A stretch of DNA of 64,000 nucleotides, from NCBI GenBank assembly GCA_041661745.1, contig JBAZTR010000002.1, positions 4,368 through 68,367 of the forward strand, in the 5' to 3' direction. Position 1 is the first letter of the stretch. The number at the start of each line of letters is the position of its first letter. This document shows, piece by piece, positions 26,171-35,535 of the stretch. Both the position numbers and the translations under genes were made by a program. The notes below the pieces were generated by a model, which searched no databases, had not been told where the DNA came from, and worked only from the letters and a program-made list of their open reading frames with translations. The stretch is from Patescibacteria group bacterium (GTDB lineage: Bacteria > Patescibacteriota > Patescibacteriia > UBA9934 > GWF2-40-263).

Positions 26171-26572
26171 CTACTTGGTCTCCCCCGAAAGAGCCGTACG
26201 GACACAGCTAGTGAGTTTGGCACGATCGCCGTCCCTGACCGCCTTTTCCAAGGCAGTGGCAAGACGATTGTCGGGAAAGGCCTTGACCAGAACCTGGGCG
26301 ACCTCTTGGGCTTCACGACAACGTCGAATGAAAGAGGTGGTGTCGAAACGGGGGTTCGATCCCTCGAGTCCACCGACAATCGCCTTTTCCAGGTCCTGCC
26401 AGGCCCGGAAGAGTTCACGCTGCCAGCCGGCCAGCCCTTCCCCATCAACCCCGGGAATGGTCGGATTCCATTCTTCTTCTTCGGGGACAAGGAACAAGTT
26501 GTTCTCCGGCGAGGTCTGGCGTGGCGGCTTGGCCGCGGCGGTAAAATCAAAAACTTCTTGTGCTTTTAACAT
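26171..26572 (-). CDS. Hypothetical protein (GC-rich orphan)
   Basis: Most protein-like of several overlapping frames; AAGGTGGAG precedes ATG at 26572 (track start 26602). Confidence 0.5.
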   Translation of the reverse strand: MLKAQEVFDFTAAAKPPRQTSPENNLFLVPEEEEWNPTIPGVDGEGLAGWQRELFRAWQDLEKAIVGGLEGSNPRFDTTSFIRRCREAQEVAQVLVKAFPDNRLATALEKAVRDGDRAKLTSCVRTALSGETK

Positions 26573-26690
26573 TTCTCCACCTTGCCTTGGTTTTAGCGAC
26601 ATACTTTTTTAGAATAACAGAAAAAGAACCTTTATGGGAGAGGTTAGCTTGAAATAATCCACAGATAATGATATTCTTCATGCGCAAAAA

Positions 26691-26767
26691 GGGCGCATAG
26701 CTCAGCTGGTTAGAGCGTCGCATTCACATTGCGAAGGTCAGAGGTTCGAGTCCTCTTGCGCCCACCA
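26691..26767 (+). tRNA. tRNA-Val (CAC)
   Basis: GGGCGCA acceptor stem, TCGCA-TTCACAT-TGCGA anticodon arm, GGTTCGAGTCC, CCA end; promoter TTGAAA-17-TATTCT upstream; terminator at 26772-26796. Confidence 0.97.
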
Positions 26768-26863
26768 TGGTAAAACCGTCCTAAAAGGGCGGTTTTGCCT
26801 TTTATAAATCCATCTTGTCCAAACCGTCTTTTTCCTCTATAATGTGGTCGAGAACACGCGTTT

Positions 26864-28450
26864 ATGGATCAACACAAAATTGACTTCTTAAAAGAGCAAC
26901 ATCGTCTGCATATTGTTCGACGACAACCTTCAAACTTTTTGAAGAAATTTTTTATTATCGCTCTGTTAGCGGTGGCCGGTCTTGGAACAACTCTTTCTTT
27001 AAATATCGAAACCGGGGGCGAAACTTCGACTGCTAATACCAAATCTTTTTCACTTTTTTCAACTTTACGTGATCTTATTTCTTCAAACGATTATAAGTTA
27101 CAGGGCGAAGAAAACGATCGAGTAAATTTTCTTTTGTTGGGGGTTGGTGGGGCTGGCCATGATGGTCCACAACTAACTGACACCATTATTTTCGCCAGTT
27201 TGCGACCGTCCGATAAATCCGTTGGCATGATGTCGATTCCCCGCGATTTAACCGTCCCAGTACCTGGCGAAGGATGGCGCAAAATCAATGCTGTCAATGC
27301 TTTAGCTGAGGCAAACGAAAAAGGCAGCGGCCCGGCCGCGGTAAGCGACGTAATCAAACCAATTTTTAATCAAGACGTTAATTATTATGTTAAAGTCGAC
27401 TTCGATGGCTTTGCCGATCTTATCGACGAACTCGGCGGTCTTGATCTTTATGTTGAAAATCCTTTCACTGATTACGAATACCCTATCGACGGAATGGAAG
27501 AGGCTGATTGTGATGGCTCATTAGCCGCGGCTGAAGCGGCCGCAGAAATTTCTGAAACAGAAACCGGACTGGCCGAAACCGTCGAGCCGGCCGCGCCGAT
27601 TGATTACAGTTGTCGTTTCGAGGTTTTGTCTTTTCAGGAAGGCTGGACACACATGGACGGCACCACGGCGCTTAAATACGTCCGCTCGCGTCACGGTTCT
27701 AATGGCGAGGCTTCCGACTTTGCTCGCAGCCGCCGTCAACAAAATCTTCTCTTGTCATTAAAAGAAAAAATTCTTAGTTTAAATACTCTGAGTAGCCCGA
27801 CCAAAATCAGCGCAATCCTTTCAACCCTGGGCGAACATATTCAAACCAATATTTCGTTAGGTGAATTAATTACTTTGGGCACAGAATATATTGATATCGA
27901 TCGGGAAAAAATTGTTAACCAGGTTCTTGATACTTCAGAGGGCGGGCCACTTTACGCCACTTCCATGAACGGGGCTTACGTAATTCTGCCAAAAAATGAT
28001 GATTGGACTCCCCTGCAACAATTGGCAGCCAATATTTTTTCGGTCACCGCGGCCACTGATTCGTTTGCCGGGGCAACCACTACGCCGTATTTCGCAAGCA
28101 TTGAAATCCAAAATGGCACAACGGTCGCTGGTTTGGCTTTCCAGATTTCTCAAATCTTAGCAAGCCAAGGTTTTGATGTAACAAAAATCGGCAATGCCGA
28201 AGAACGCGGTTTTACTCACACAGTTATTTATGATCTGACCGATGGTCAAAAGGCGGATGAATTAAAATCGCTCCAGGAAACTCTTTCCGCCGAAGTGGTT
28301 ATGTCAACCACGGGCTGGGTTTTTTCAAGCGAGGTAGTACCGAAAGAAATTTCTGTCACCGACGACTCTTACTCTCAAAAAACAACCGTTGATAATATTG
28401 ACTTTTTAATAATCTTGGGCGAAGACAGCTCTGGCCTTGTTAGAAGGTAG
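26864..28450 (+). CDS. LCP (LytR-CpsA-Psr) family protein with LytR_C domain
   Basis: NFLLLGVGG..TDTII, SIPRDL, ALKYVRSRH..SDFARSRRQQ, IEIQNGTTVAGLA. Confidence 0.92.
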   Translation: MDQHKIDFLKEQHRLHIVRRQPSNFLKKFFIIALLAVAGLGTTLSLNIETGGETSTANTKSFSLFSTLRDLISSNDYKLQGEENDRVNFLLLGVGGAGHDGPQLTDTIIFASLRPSDKSVGMMSIPRDLTVPVPGEGWRKINAVNALAEANEKGSGPAAVSDVIKPIFNQDVNYYVKVDFDGFADLIDELGGLDLYVENPFTDYEYPIDGMEEADCDGSLAAAEAAAEISETETGLAETVEPAAPIDYSCRFEVLSFQEGWTHMDGTTALKYVRSRHGSNGEASDFARSRRQQNLLLSLKEKILSLNTLSSPTKISAILSTLGEHIQTNISLGELITLGTEYIDIDREKIVNQVLDTSEGGPLYATSMNGAYVILPKNDDWTPLQQLAANIFSVTAATDSFAGATTTPYFASIEIQNGTTVAGLAFQISQILASQGFDVTKIGNAEERGFTHTVIYDLTDGQKADELKSLQETLSAEVVMSTTGWVFSSEVVPKEISVTDDSYSQKTTVDNIDFLIILGEDSSGLVRR

Positions 28451-28476
28451 TTTAATTTCCCCTAACCGAAAGTTTT

Positions 28477-29838
28477 ATGTCCAGAACCCCAGTTGTCGCC
28501 ATTGTCGGCCGAACCAATGTCGGTAAATCAACACTTTTTAACCGTTTGGTTGAAGAGCACAAAGCTTTAGTTTCAAATGTCCCGGGAACAACCCGCGATC
28601 GCAACGAAGCTGAAGTTTTTTGGCGCGGTAAAATTTTTAATATTGTGGATACCGGCGGCACGGACAGCGAATTTGGCCCGGTCATTGAAAAAGCTACTCA
28701 CGAACAAATTTGGCGCGCCGTAGAAGGCGCCGACATTGTTCTTTTTGTGGTTGACTTAAAAACCGGTCCCATGCCACAGGAACGCGCCCTGGCCAAAAAA
28801 CTTAAAACCGTTAACAAGCCTATTATTGTTGTCGGTAACAAAGCTGAAACCCCAAACTTGGTTGCTTCGGTTCATGCCACAGAATGGCGCTTGGCCGGCT
28901 TACCATCACCTTTCGCTGTTTCCGCTTTACGCGGCACTGGCACTGGCGACTTGCTTGATTTGATTCACAAAGCTTTGCGCAAAGTTAAACATCCGGCCGT
29001 GGAAAAAAAGAAAGAACCGGTTACCCGAGTGGCCATTATTGGCAAACCCAATGTCGGTAAATCTTCCATTGTTAATTCCATTCTGGGCGAAGAGCGGGTT
29101 ATTACCAGCCCCATGGCCCACACCACGCGTGAACCAATTGATACAACAATCGAGGTCAACGGCAAAAAATATATTCTGATCGATACGGCTGGTATGCGTA
29201 AAAGTGGCAAGGTTAAACAAGCCGGCGGTTTGGAAATGGCCGGAGTTAAACGTACCAAGGACGCCGTTGAACACGCTGACGTAGTTTTACTTGTTCTTGA
29301 AGCCAACGAACAAATCGGGACACAAGACAAATCCATTGCCGGAATTTTAGACGGCTCAACAGCCGGAACAATCATTGTGGCCAACAAATGGGATTTGGTA
29401 CTAAATAAAACCCCTAGCACCATCAATGATTACGAACGTTATGTTAATGGCATGATGCCGTTCATTGCCTATGCCCCGATTGTCTTTACTTCAGCTAAAA
29501 CCGGCCAACGAATTGAAAATATCTTTACTTTAATTGACCAAGTTCAAGCCGCCCGTCATCGCGAAATTTCCGAGGAAGACTTAGAAAAATTTTTCCGACG
29601 AATGATCGCTCACCGCTCACCGATTCGTGGCAAAGTGGTCAAACCACCAAAAGCTTTGGGTCTGCGACAAACCGGCACTTGCCCGCCATCTTTTGCCGTG
29701 ACCATTAAAGCCAAGCGCGAGGATGCTATCAGCCAAAGCTATTTACGTTATATTGAAAATCGTTTGCACGAAGAATTTGATTTTAACGGCACACCGGTTG
29801 TGGTCCGAGCTCGCTTACCAAGAATAACTGCAAGTTAA
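28477..29838 (+). CDS. der: Ribosome biogenesis GTPase Der
   Basis: Two G domains: GRTNVGKS/DTGG/NKAE and GKPNVGKS/DTAG/NKWD. Confidence 0.97.
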   Translation: MSRTPVVAIVGRTNVGKSTLFNRLVEEHKALVSNVPGTTRDRNEAEVFWRGKIFNIVDTGGTDSEFGPVIEKATHEQIWRAVEGADIVLFVVDLKTGPMPQERALAKKLKTVNKPIIVVGNKAETPNLVASVHATEWRLAGLPSPFAVSALRGTGTGDLLDLIHKALRKVKHPAVEKKKEPVTRVAIIGKPNVGKSSIVNSILGEERVITSPMAHTTREPIDTTIEVNGKKYILIDTAGMRKSGKVKQAGGLEMAGVKRTKDAVEHADVVLLVLEANEQIGTQDKSIAGILDGSTAGTIIVANKWDLVLNKTPSTINDYERYVNGMMPFIAYAPIVFTSAKTGQRIENIFTLIDQVQAARHREISEEDLEKFFRRMIAHRSPIRGKVVKPPKALGLRQTGTCPPSFAVTIKAKREDAISQSYLRYIENRLHEEFDFNGTPVVVRARLPRITAS

Positions 29839-29841
29839 AAT

Positions 29842-30366
29842 ATGTGTCTTATTGTCGGCTTGGGTAATCCCGGCAAAAAATACGACCGCACGCGTCACAA
29901 TGTCGGCTTTTTAGTTCTAGACCAGTTGGCCGACATGGTTGATGGCAAATTTAAAAACAAACGCGAATTAAATGCGGCCGCGGCCGAAGTTATTTTTGGC
30001 AATAAAAAAGTTGTTCTCTTGAAACCGCAAACCTTCATGAATCTTTCGGGTGAAGCTGTTGGCGGGGCCGCGCAATTTTGGCATATTCCAAAAGAAAAAA
30101 TTACCGTAATCTTTGACGATGCTAATTTACCCATTGGGAAAATCCGCGTGCGTACGAGCGGTTCAGCCGGCGGTCACAATGGCATGAAATCGATTATTGA
30201 AAAAATGGGCACGGACGAAATTCGTCGGATTCGCATTGGTATTGGTCGCCCGGCGGAATCAAAAGCCCCGCTCGACAAATGGGTTTTGGGCAAATGGAGC
30301 AAGGCTGAATGGAAAGAAATTACCGAAGCTGCTCACAAAGTGGCTAAAATGGTTACTGATGATTAA
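29842..30366 (+). CDS. pth: Peptidyl-tRNA hydrolase
   Basis: LIVGLGNPG..TRHNVGF, KPQTFMNLSG, GSAGGHNG. Confidence 0.97.
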   Translation: MCLIVGLGNPGKKYDRTRHNVGFLVLDQLADMVDGKFKNKRELNAAAAEVIFGNKKVVLLKPQTFMNLSGEAVGGAAQFWHIPKEKITVIFDDANLPIGKIRVRTSGSAGGHNGMKSIIEKMGTDEIRRIRIGIGRPAESKAPLDKWVLGKWSKAEWKEITEAAHKVAKMVTDD

Positions 30367-30372
30367 CGCGGT

Positions 30373-31467
30373 ATGTCTCTACAAGATCTGGGCTTTCTGT
30401 TGGCCTTGATACGCTTTCCAAAATTTGGAGCAGTTCGCCTCGCAAAATTGCGAGGATTTTTTCCCTCCATGGCCGCGGCCTTTGCGGCTGGCCAGAACGA
30501 ATTAATGGCCGCCGGAATCGATGCAACGACGGCCGAACAATTTATATCGCTTCGTCCAAAACTCTCGCCAGAACGAGAGTTGTTTTTAATTGATAAATAC
30601 AAAACCAAAGTTATTCTTAGAGATGATCTTGATTACCCACCGCTTCTAAAACAAATTCACGACCCGGCGGCCGCTTTATTTGTTCGTGGCACCTGGCCGG
30701 CCGTGGCCTTGCCAAGTTTGTCAGTGGTCGGTTCGCGCCAAGCCACACCGTATGCCGAGCGCGCCTCTGAAACCATCGTCAAACCACTCGCTCGAGCCGG
30801 ACTAGTTATTGTTTCCGGTTTAGCTCTTGGCACCGATGCTCTGGCTCATGAAGCTGCCCTTCAGGCCGGTGGAAAAACCATTGCCGTTCTTGGCTCGGGC
30901 ATCGACGATTATCATATCTTCCCTTCCTCTAATAGATATCTGGCACGAAAAATCATTGAAAACAACGGCGCGGTTATTTCTGAATATCCACCGGAAACCG
31001 AACCGCAAAAAATATTCTTTCCCATCAGAAATCGCATTATTGCCGGCATGTCACGCGGCACCATGGTTATCGAGGCTGGAATAAAATCAGGGGCGCTTAT
31101 TACGGCCAGAGCTGCTCTGGAAAACGGTCGTGAATTATTTGCCGTGCCCGGGCCCTTTCATTCGCCATTTTCCGAAGGCACCAACAATCTTATTAAAACT
31201 GGAGCGCATCCGGTGACTGAAGCTAATGATGTTCTTTTTGCCTTGGGTCTACGGTGCTTTGAGGAAAACAAAAAAAATAAAAAACCCGAAGCTGGCAGTC
31301 CGGCCGAAGCGGCCATCATTCAACTCTTAAGTGCCCAGCCAATTCACGTCGACGATTTGGCTCACGCCACTGGCAAAAATATTTCCGAAATCTCCCATTT
31401 ACTTACGCTAATGGAGATGAAAGGCACAGCCAGACATGTAGGAAATTTATACTACACAATTAACTAA
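30373..31467 (+). CDS. dprA: DNA-processing protein DprA
   Basis: VVGSR, IVSGLALGTD, FPIRNRIIAG, KSGALITA, FAVPG; C-terminal winged helix. Confidence 0.96.
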   Translation: MSLQDLGFLLALIRFPKFGAVRLAKLRGFFPSMAAAFAAGQNELMAAGIDATTAEQFISLRPKLSPERELFLIDKYKTKVILRDDLDYPPLLKQIHDPAAALFVRGTWPAVALPSLSVVGSRQATPYAERASETIVKPLARAGLVIVSGLALGTDALAHEAALQAGGKTIAVLGSGIDDYHIFPSSNRYLARKIIENNGAVISEYPPETEPQKIFFPIRNRIIAGMSRGTMVIEAGIKSGALITARAALENGRELFAVPGPFHSPFSEGTNNLIKTGAHPVTEANDVLFALGLRCFEENKKNKKPEAGSPAEAAIIQLLSAQPIHVDDLAHATGKNISEISHLLTLMEMKGTARHVGNLYYTIN

Positions 31468-31530
31468 ACCTTGACTAAACGTAAAAAATACCGCATTATC
31501 TTATCGTCTTAGTATTATTTCATTCGATCC

Positions 31531-31620
31531 GTTCAACTTGTTCAAGTGTTCAAAATGTTCACTGTCGACCGATCTACAAAACCAAAAATGAACAATTTGA
31601 ACATATGGACACTTGAACAA
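31531..31620 (+). repeat. Inverted array of 4 x GTTCA(A/C) and 4 x TG(A/G)AC upstream of topA
   Basis: GTTCA at 31531, 31540, 31548, 31557; TG(A/G)AC at 31589, 31598, 31606, 31614; homologous to 43484-43575. Confidence 0.8.
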
Positions 31621-31629
31621 AAAAACAAC

Positions 31630-33873
31630 ATGTCATACTCATTAGTCATCGTCGAGTCTCCGGCGAAAGCAAAAACTATCTCCAAATACCTGGGCAGTAA
31701 ATACAAAGTACTGTCCTCTTTTGGTCATGTCCGCGATTTGCCACAAAAGGAAATTGGCGTGGATACCGAACACGGCTTTATCCCAAAGTACGTGGTTTCA
31801 CGCGATAAAATGAAGCAGGTTAAACTGCTTAAAGAAGGGGCAGCCAAGGCTGACGAAATTTTATTCGCAACTGATGAAGACCGTGAAGGAGAAGCTATTT
31901 CTTGGCACCTGGCCCAAATTCTTAAGGTTGACCCAGCCAAATTAAAACGCATTACTTTCCACGAAATTACCAAACGGGCCATTGATCACGCTATTGAAAA
32001 TCCACGTAATCTTGATTTGAATTTGGTTAACGCCCAACAAGCGCGCCGTATTCTTGACCGCTTGGTTGGTTACGAGCTATCGCCGTTTTTGTGGCGCAAG
32101 GTGCAGAAAGGTTTGTCCGCCGGCCGCGTGCAATCGGTCACCGTGCGCTTAGTAGTGGAACGCGAACGTGAACGTGAAGCTTTTAAGCCGCAGGATTTTT
32201 GGACTATCGACACTCTCTTTAATAAGGATCAGATTTCCTTCCCCGGCAAACTGCACGCTATTGGTGAAAAAAAGTTAGATAAACTTGGAATTGATTCTGA
32301 AGTCGAAGCGGAAAAAATTCTTGAAGCTTTAAAGAATGGAAAATACGAAGTCGCCGAGGTAACTAAAAAAACCGTTAAGCGTTCGCCGGCTCCGCCGTTT
32401 ACCACATCAACTCTACAACAAGAAGGCAATAACAAACTTGGTTTTGGTGCCAAGGAAACCATGATGCTCGCCCAAAAGCTTTATGAGGGGGTCACTCTGC
32501 CCGGCGAAGGTCAGGTTGCGCTTGTCACCTACATGCGTACCGATTCGACCAATCTTTCTGAACTTTTTATTAATGAAGCGCGAACTTTTATTTCCGACAA
32601 ATTCGGGGCTGATTATCTTTTGGATAAACCGCGAATTTTTAAAACAAAAGACAAAGGGGCACAAGAAGCGCACGAAGCTATTCGCCCAACCGATGCCTCA
32701 CGCACGCCTGATTCCATTAAAGACGCCTTGGATCGCGACTTGTGGAGGCTTTATGATCTAATCTGGCGCCGGGCGGTTGCCACCCAATTACCCGAAGCTA
32801 TCTTTGATTCCACTTCGGCCGACATTGCCACCGGTGAATATATTTTCCGCTCGACTGGCTCGACTATTAAATTTGACGGTTTCCTAAAAGTCTACGAAGA
32901 AAAACGAAAAGATTCTCTTTTGCCGGAGTTGGCCAAAGGCGATGCCGTGGCTTTGGAAAACCTGGAAAGTAAAAAGCACACCACTGAACCGCCGGCTCGT
33001 TACTCTGATGCTTCGCTGGTTAAGGCTTTGGAAGAACACGGCATTGGTCGCCCGTCCACTTACGCCCCAACTATTTCCACCATTTTGGAACGCGGCTATG
33101 TCGAACGTGACGAGGCTAAAAAATTAAAACCCAACCAAGTGGCCTACACAGTTACTGATCTCTTGGTCGAACACTTTCCAAATATTGTTGACTTGGCTTT
33201 CACGGCCAAAATGGAAAAAGATTTAGACCAAGTGGCCGAAGGTAAAGCCGAATGGGTCCCGGTCCTGCAAGAATTTTACGGCCCATTCCATGATAATTTA
33301 AAAGAAAAGGAAAAGTCAGTGGTTAAACTAAAGCCGGCCGACAAGCCGACCGATCAAGTCTGCGAAAAGTGCGGCAAGCCCATGGTTATTCGTGGTGGCC
33401 GCTTTGGCGATTTCTTGGCTTGCAGTGGTTTTCCGGAATGTAAAAACACCAAACCTTTAGCACAAAATGCCAACGGCGAGGCCGTGGCCGCTGAACCAGA
33501 GGTGGTGGAAGATCTTTGTCCAACCTGCGGCGCGGCCATGATTATGAAACGCGGTCGTTTTGGCCCATTCATCTCATGTTCCAAATATCCGGAATGTAAA
33601 ACCATTAAAAAAATCGAAAAGAAAACCGGGGTCAAATGTCCGCAATGTGGCGAAGGTGAGATTGTCGAAAAGAAAGGCCGGAGCGGCCGCCCGTTCTTCA
33701 GCTGCAACCGTTATCCTGATTGTAAATTCGCCTTGTGGCAAAAACCAACCGGTGAAAAATGTCCCACCTGCAGCAGTCTTATGACCTTTGCCGCCAAGGG
33801 TATGACCCAATGTTCCAACAAAGAATGCGGTTTCAAAAAGAGTTTGGAAACATCGGAAACACCAGAAACCTAA
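31630..33873 (+). CDS. topA: DNA topoisomerase I
   Basis: LVIVESPAKAKTI, ATDEDREGE, SAGRVQS, TYMRTDS, GIGRPSTYA, C-terminal Zn ribbons; start 31630 (track extension to 31546 reads through the repeat). Confidence 0.98.
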   Translation: MSYSLVIVESPAKAKTISKYLGSKYKVLSSFGHVRDLPQKEIGVDTEHGFIPKYVVSRDKMKQVKLLKEGAAKADEILFATDEDREGEAISWHLAQILKVDPAKLKRITFHEITKRAIDHAIENPRNLDLNLVNAQQARRILDRLVGYELSPFLWRKVQKGLSAGRVQSVTVRLVVEREREREAFKPQDFWTIDTLFNKDQISFPGKLHAIGEKKLDKLGIDSEVEAEKILEALKNGKYEVAEVTKKTVKRSPAPPFTTSTLQQEGNNKLGFGAKETMMLAQKLYEGVTLPGEGQVALVTYMRTDSTNLSELFINEARTFISDKFGADYLLDKPRIFKTKDKGAQEAHEAIRPTDASRTPDSIKDALDRDLWRLYDLIWRRAVATQLPEAIFDSTSADIATGEYIFRSTGSTIKFDGFLKVYEEKRKDSLLPELAKGDAVALENLESKKHTTEPPARYSDASLVKALEEHGIGRPSTYAPTISTILERGYVERDEAKKLKPNQVAYTVTDLLVEHFPNIVDLAFTAKMEKDLDQVAEGKAEWVPVLQEFYGPFHDNLKEKEKSVVKLKPADKPTDQVCEKCGKPMVIRGGRFGDFLACSGFPECKNTKPLAQNANGEAVAAEPEVVEDLCPTCGAAMIMKRGRFGPFISCSKYPECKTIKKIEKKTGVKCPQCGEGEIVEKKGRSGRPFFSCNRYPDCKFALWQKPTGEKCPTCSSLMTFAAKGMTQCSNKECGFKKSLETSETPET

Positions 33874-33877
33874 AATT

Positions 33878-33914
33878 AAAAACACGCTCGCCGAAAATTG
33901 ACGAACGTGTTTTT
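33878..33914. terminator. Bidirectional terminator between convergent genes
   Basis: AAAAACACG..CGTGTTTTT inverted repeat. Confidence 0.6.
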
Positions 33915-33917
33915 GAT

Positions 33918-35450
33918 TTATTTTTTACTTTTATCGTCCTGGCGATCCAGAGCTTTGCCCTTCAATCTTTCATATTCCTTCGCCGCCTCTTCTTCTTTCT
34001 CGTCCAAAGTCTTAAGCCCGGGTTTATAACTCTTAGAAATCATACCGCCGAATTTTTTTTGCCAACCGTATAATGTTCTGTCCAACCAATTCATTCCCGC
34101 GCCAACCGCTCGAAGTGGTAATTCTATTGCTGCCGCCAAACCTAGAATTCCCAAACCGCCGGCTAATTGCCCGGCCGCTCGGCCGTAAGTTTTAACCATG
34201 TCTAATCCGGTTACGCCGGTTCTTTTTACCAAAGAATCACTTGAGCCGCCCACTTGATCATAACCATGAAGCTGCCTTCGCAATATATAATCGGTAACCA
34301 TGGTGGAATCGCGCAAGTGCGGTTTTAGGCGATCGGTAAACGGAATATCCCAACCTCGGCCATGATAAGCCCGCTTGGCCCAATACGGACCCCACAGGCC
34401 GGTAAAAAGACCGGTAAAGGTTAAGTACTGTATTTTTTCCGCACTAACGGCCGGCCGACCCAACAACAAAAGGTTAGTTCGAGTATCGTCGTAAGGATAA
34501 ACAAGATGTTTCTGACGTTCCATGGTTCGTCGTAATAATTCCTTTCGGAAGGCCAAAGACGAACCGTAAGCCTCATAAAGATCGTGGCCTGTTGCTTCCC
34601 CAAAGACCGCAGCTTTTTCTTCTGTCAACAGATTAACCTGGCCCTCGGCTGAGCACCAAGCCGCCGAATGTTCGGTTTCTAATTTTCGATATTTTTTTCT
34701 AACATTTATAAAATCAACACGGCCTTCTGAAAAATCGGTTTGGAGTTCTTTTGAATCGTCTTCTAGTTTTTTCCGTTTTTCGATTTCTTTTTTGATAATT
34801 TTTGCCGAAACCGTGGCTTCTTCGGTTTCCACCAGTTTCTTTTTTTTGCCCTTACCGCCACCAACTTCTTTTTTAACCACATGAGTTTCCAAAGCCCCCA
34901 AAGCCCGAAGAGTTTCTCGAATCAAAAAAGGAAACTCGGCTGGTGGTAAATCAAGCGGAACAGTAATCTCGGCCGTTTCTGTTTCACGTCCACCAATGGT
35001 TTCTTTTTTTAAAGCAACTCGCAAACTTTGCCCATAGACAAAAGACAGTTGCGCGGCTTTTTCTTTTTCTACCCCTAAAGCTTCGGTAATTGTTTTAATT
35101 TCACCGGTCGCGGTTTCTATACCAATGGCGGCCACACCGCCATTTTTTCGGTCACCGCCAGCCAAATAAAAATCCGCGCCGCTGGTTCTTTCAACCCCGG
35201 CCGCAACACGATGTGCCGCCTCTTGAGCCTCTTTAATAGCGGCTCGCGCTTGTTCCTCACGAGTTTGACCCTCTAGACGGCGGGCCGCTAAATATTTTTC
35301 ACGGACCGTGTCTTTTTTTTCAACATCCCCTTCCCCTTCGTCCCCCTCCTCCACCCCGTCATGTTCTTTATCAGAATCAGACGAATATGGCTTTCTCTCG
35401 AAATCTCGATCTGGTGTATAAGTTCTCCGTCTTGGCTTTGGGTCTGGCAT
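33918..35450 (-). CDS. Hypothetical protein, 510 aa
   Basis: Long ORF, charged N-terminus, Gly-rich hydrophobic segment near C-terminus; TGCTATAAT promoter upstream. Confidence 0.75.
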   Translation of the reverse strand: MPDPKPRRRTYTPDRDFERKPYSSDSDKEHDGVEEGDEGEGDVEKKDTVREKYLAARRLEGQTREEQARAAIKEAQEAAHRVAAGVERTSGADFYLAGGDRKNGGVAAIGIETATGEIKTITEALGVEKEKAAQLSFVYGQSLRVALKKETIGGRETETAEITVPLDLPPAEFPFLIRETLRALGALETHVVKKEVGGGKGKKKKLVETEEATVSAKIIKKEIEKRKKLEDDSKELQTDFSEGRVDFINVRKKYRKLETEHSAAWCSAEGQVNLLTEEKAAVFGEATGHDLYEAYGSSLAFRKELLRRTMERQKHLVYPYDDTRTNLLLLGRPAVSAEKIQYLTFTGLFTGLWGPYWAKRAYHGRGWDIPFTDRLKPHLRDSTMVTDYILRRQLHGYDQVGGSSDSLVKRTGVTGLDMVKTYGRAAGQLAGGLGILGLAAAIELPLRAVGAGMNWLDRTLYGWQKKFGGMISKSYKPGLKTLDEKEEEAAKEYERLKGKALDRQDDKSKK

Positions 35451-35535
35451 ATAAGAAATTTAAAACAAAAAAATTATAGCAAAAAAACTAAGGTTTGTCA
35501 TATTATCGGCAAAATGCTAAGGTAAAAAAGCACAT

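Noticed and set aside
26349-26366. GGGGTTCGATCCCTC, a T-arm-like sequence near tRNA-Val
   Set aside because: No acceptor, D or anticodon arm around it, and it does not duplicate the tRNA-Val 3' end.
31531-31620. Mini-CRISPR or SOS-box reading of the short repeats
   Set aside because: Units are only 5-7 bp with no unique spacers and no cas genes; the geometry does not match GAAC-N4-GTTC or GTTC-N7-GTTC LexA boxes.
31546-31629. N-terminal extension of TopA in the ORF track
   Set aside because: It is a translation of the GTTCAA repeat array; the conserved TopA start is MSYSLVIVES at 31630.
34979-34995. GTTTCACGT, a partial parS-like sequence near parAB
   Set aside because: Only half of the TGTTTCACGTGAAACA palindrome, and it is inside a CDS.
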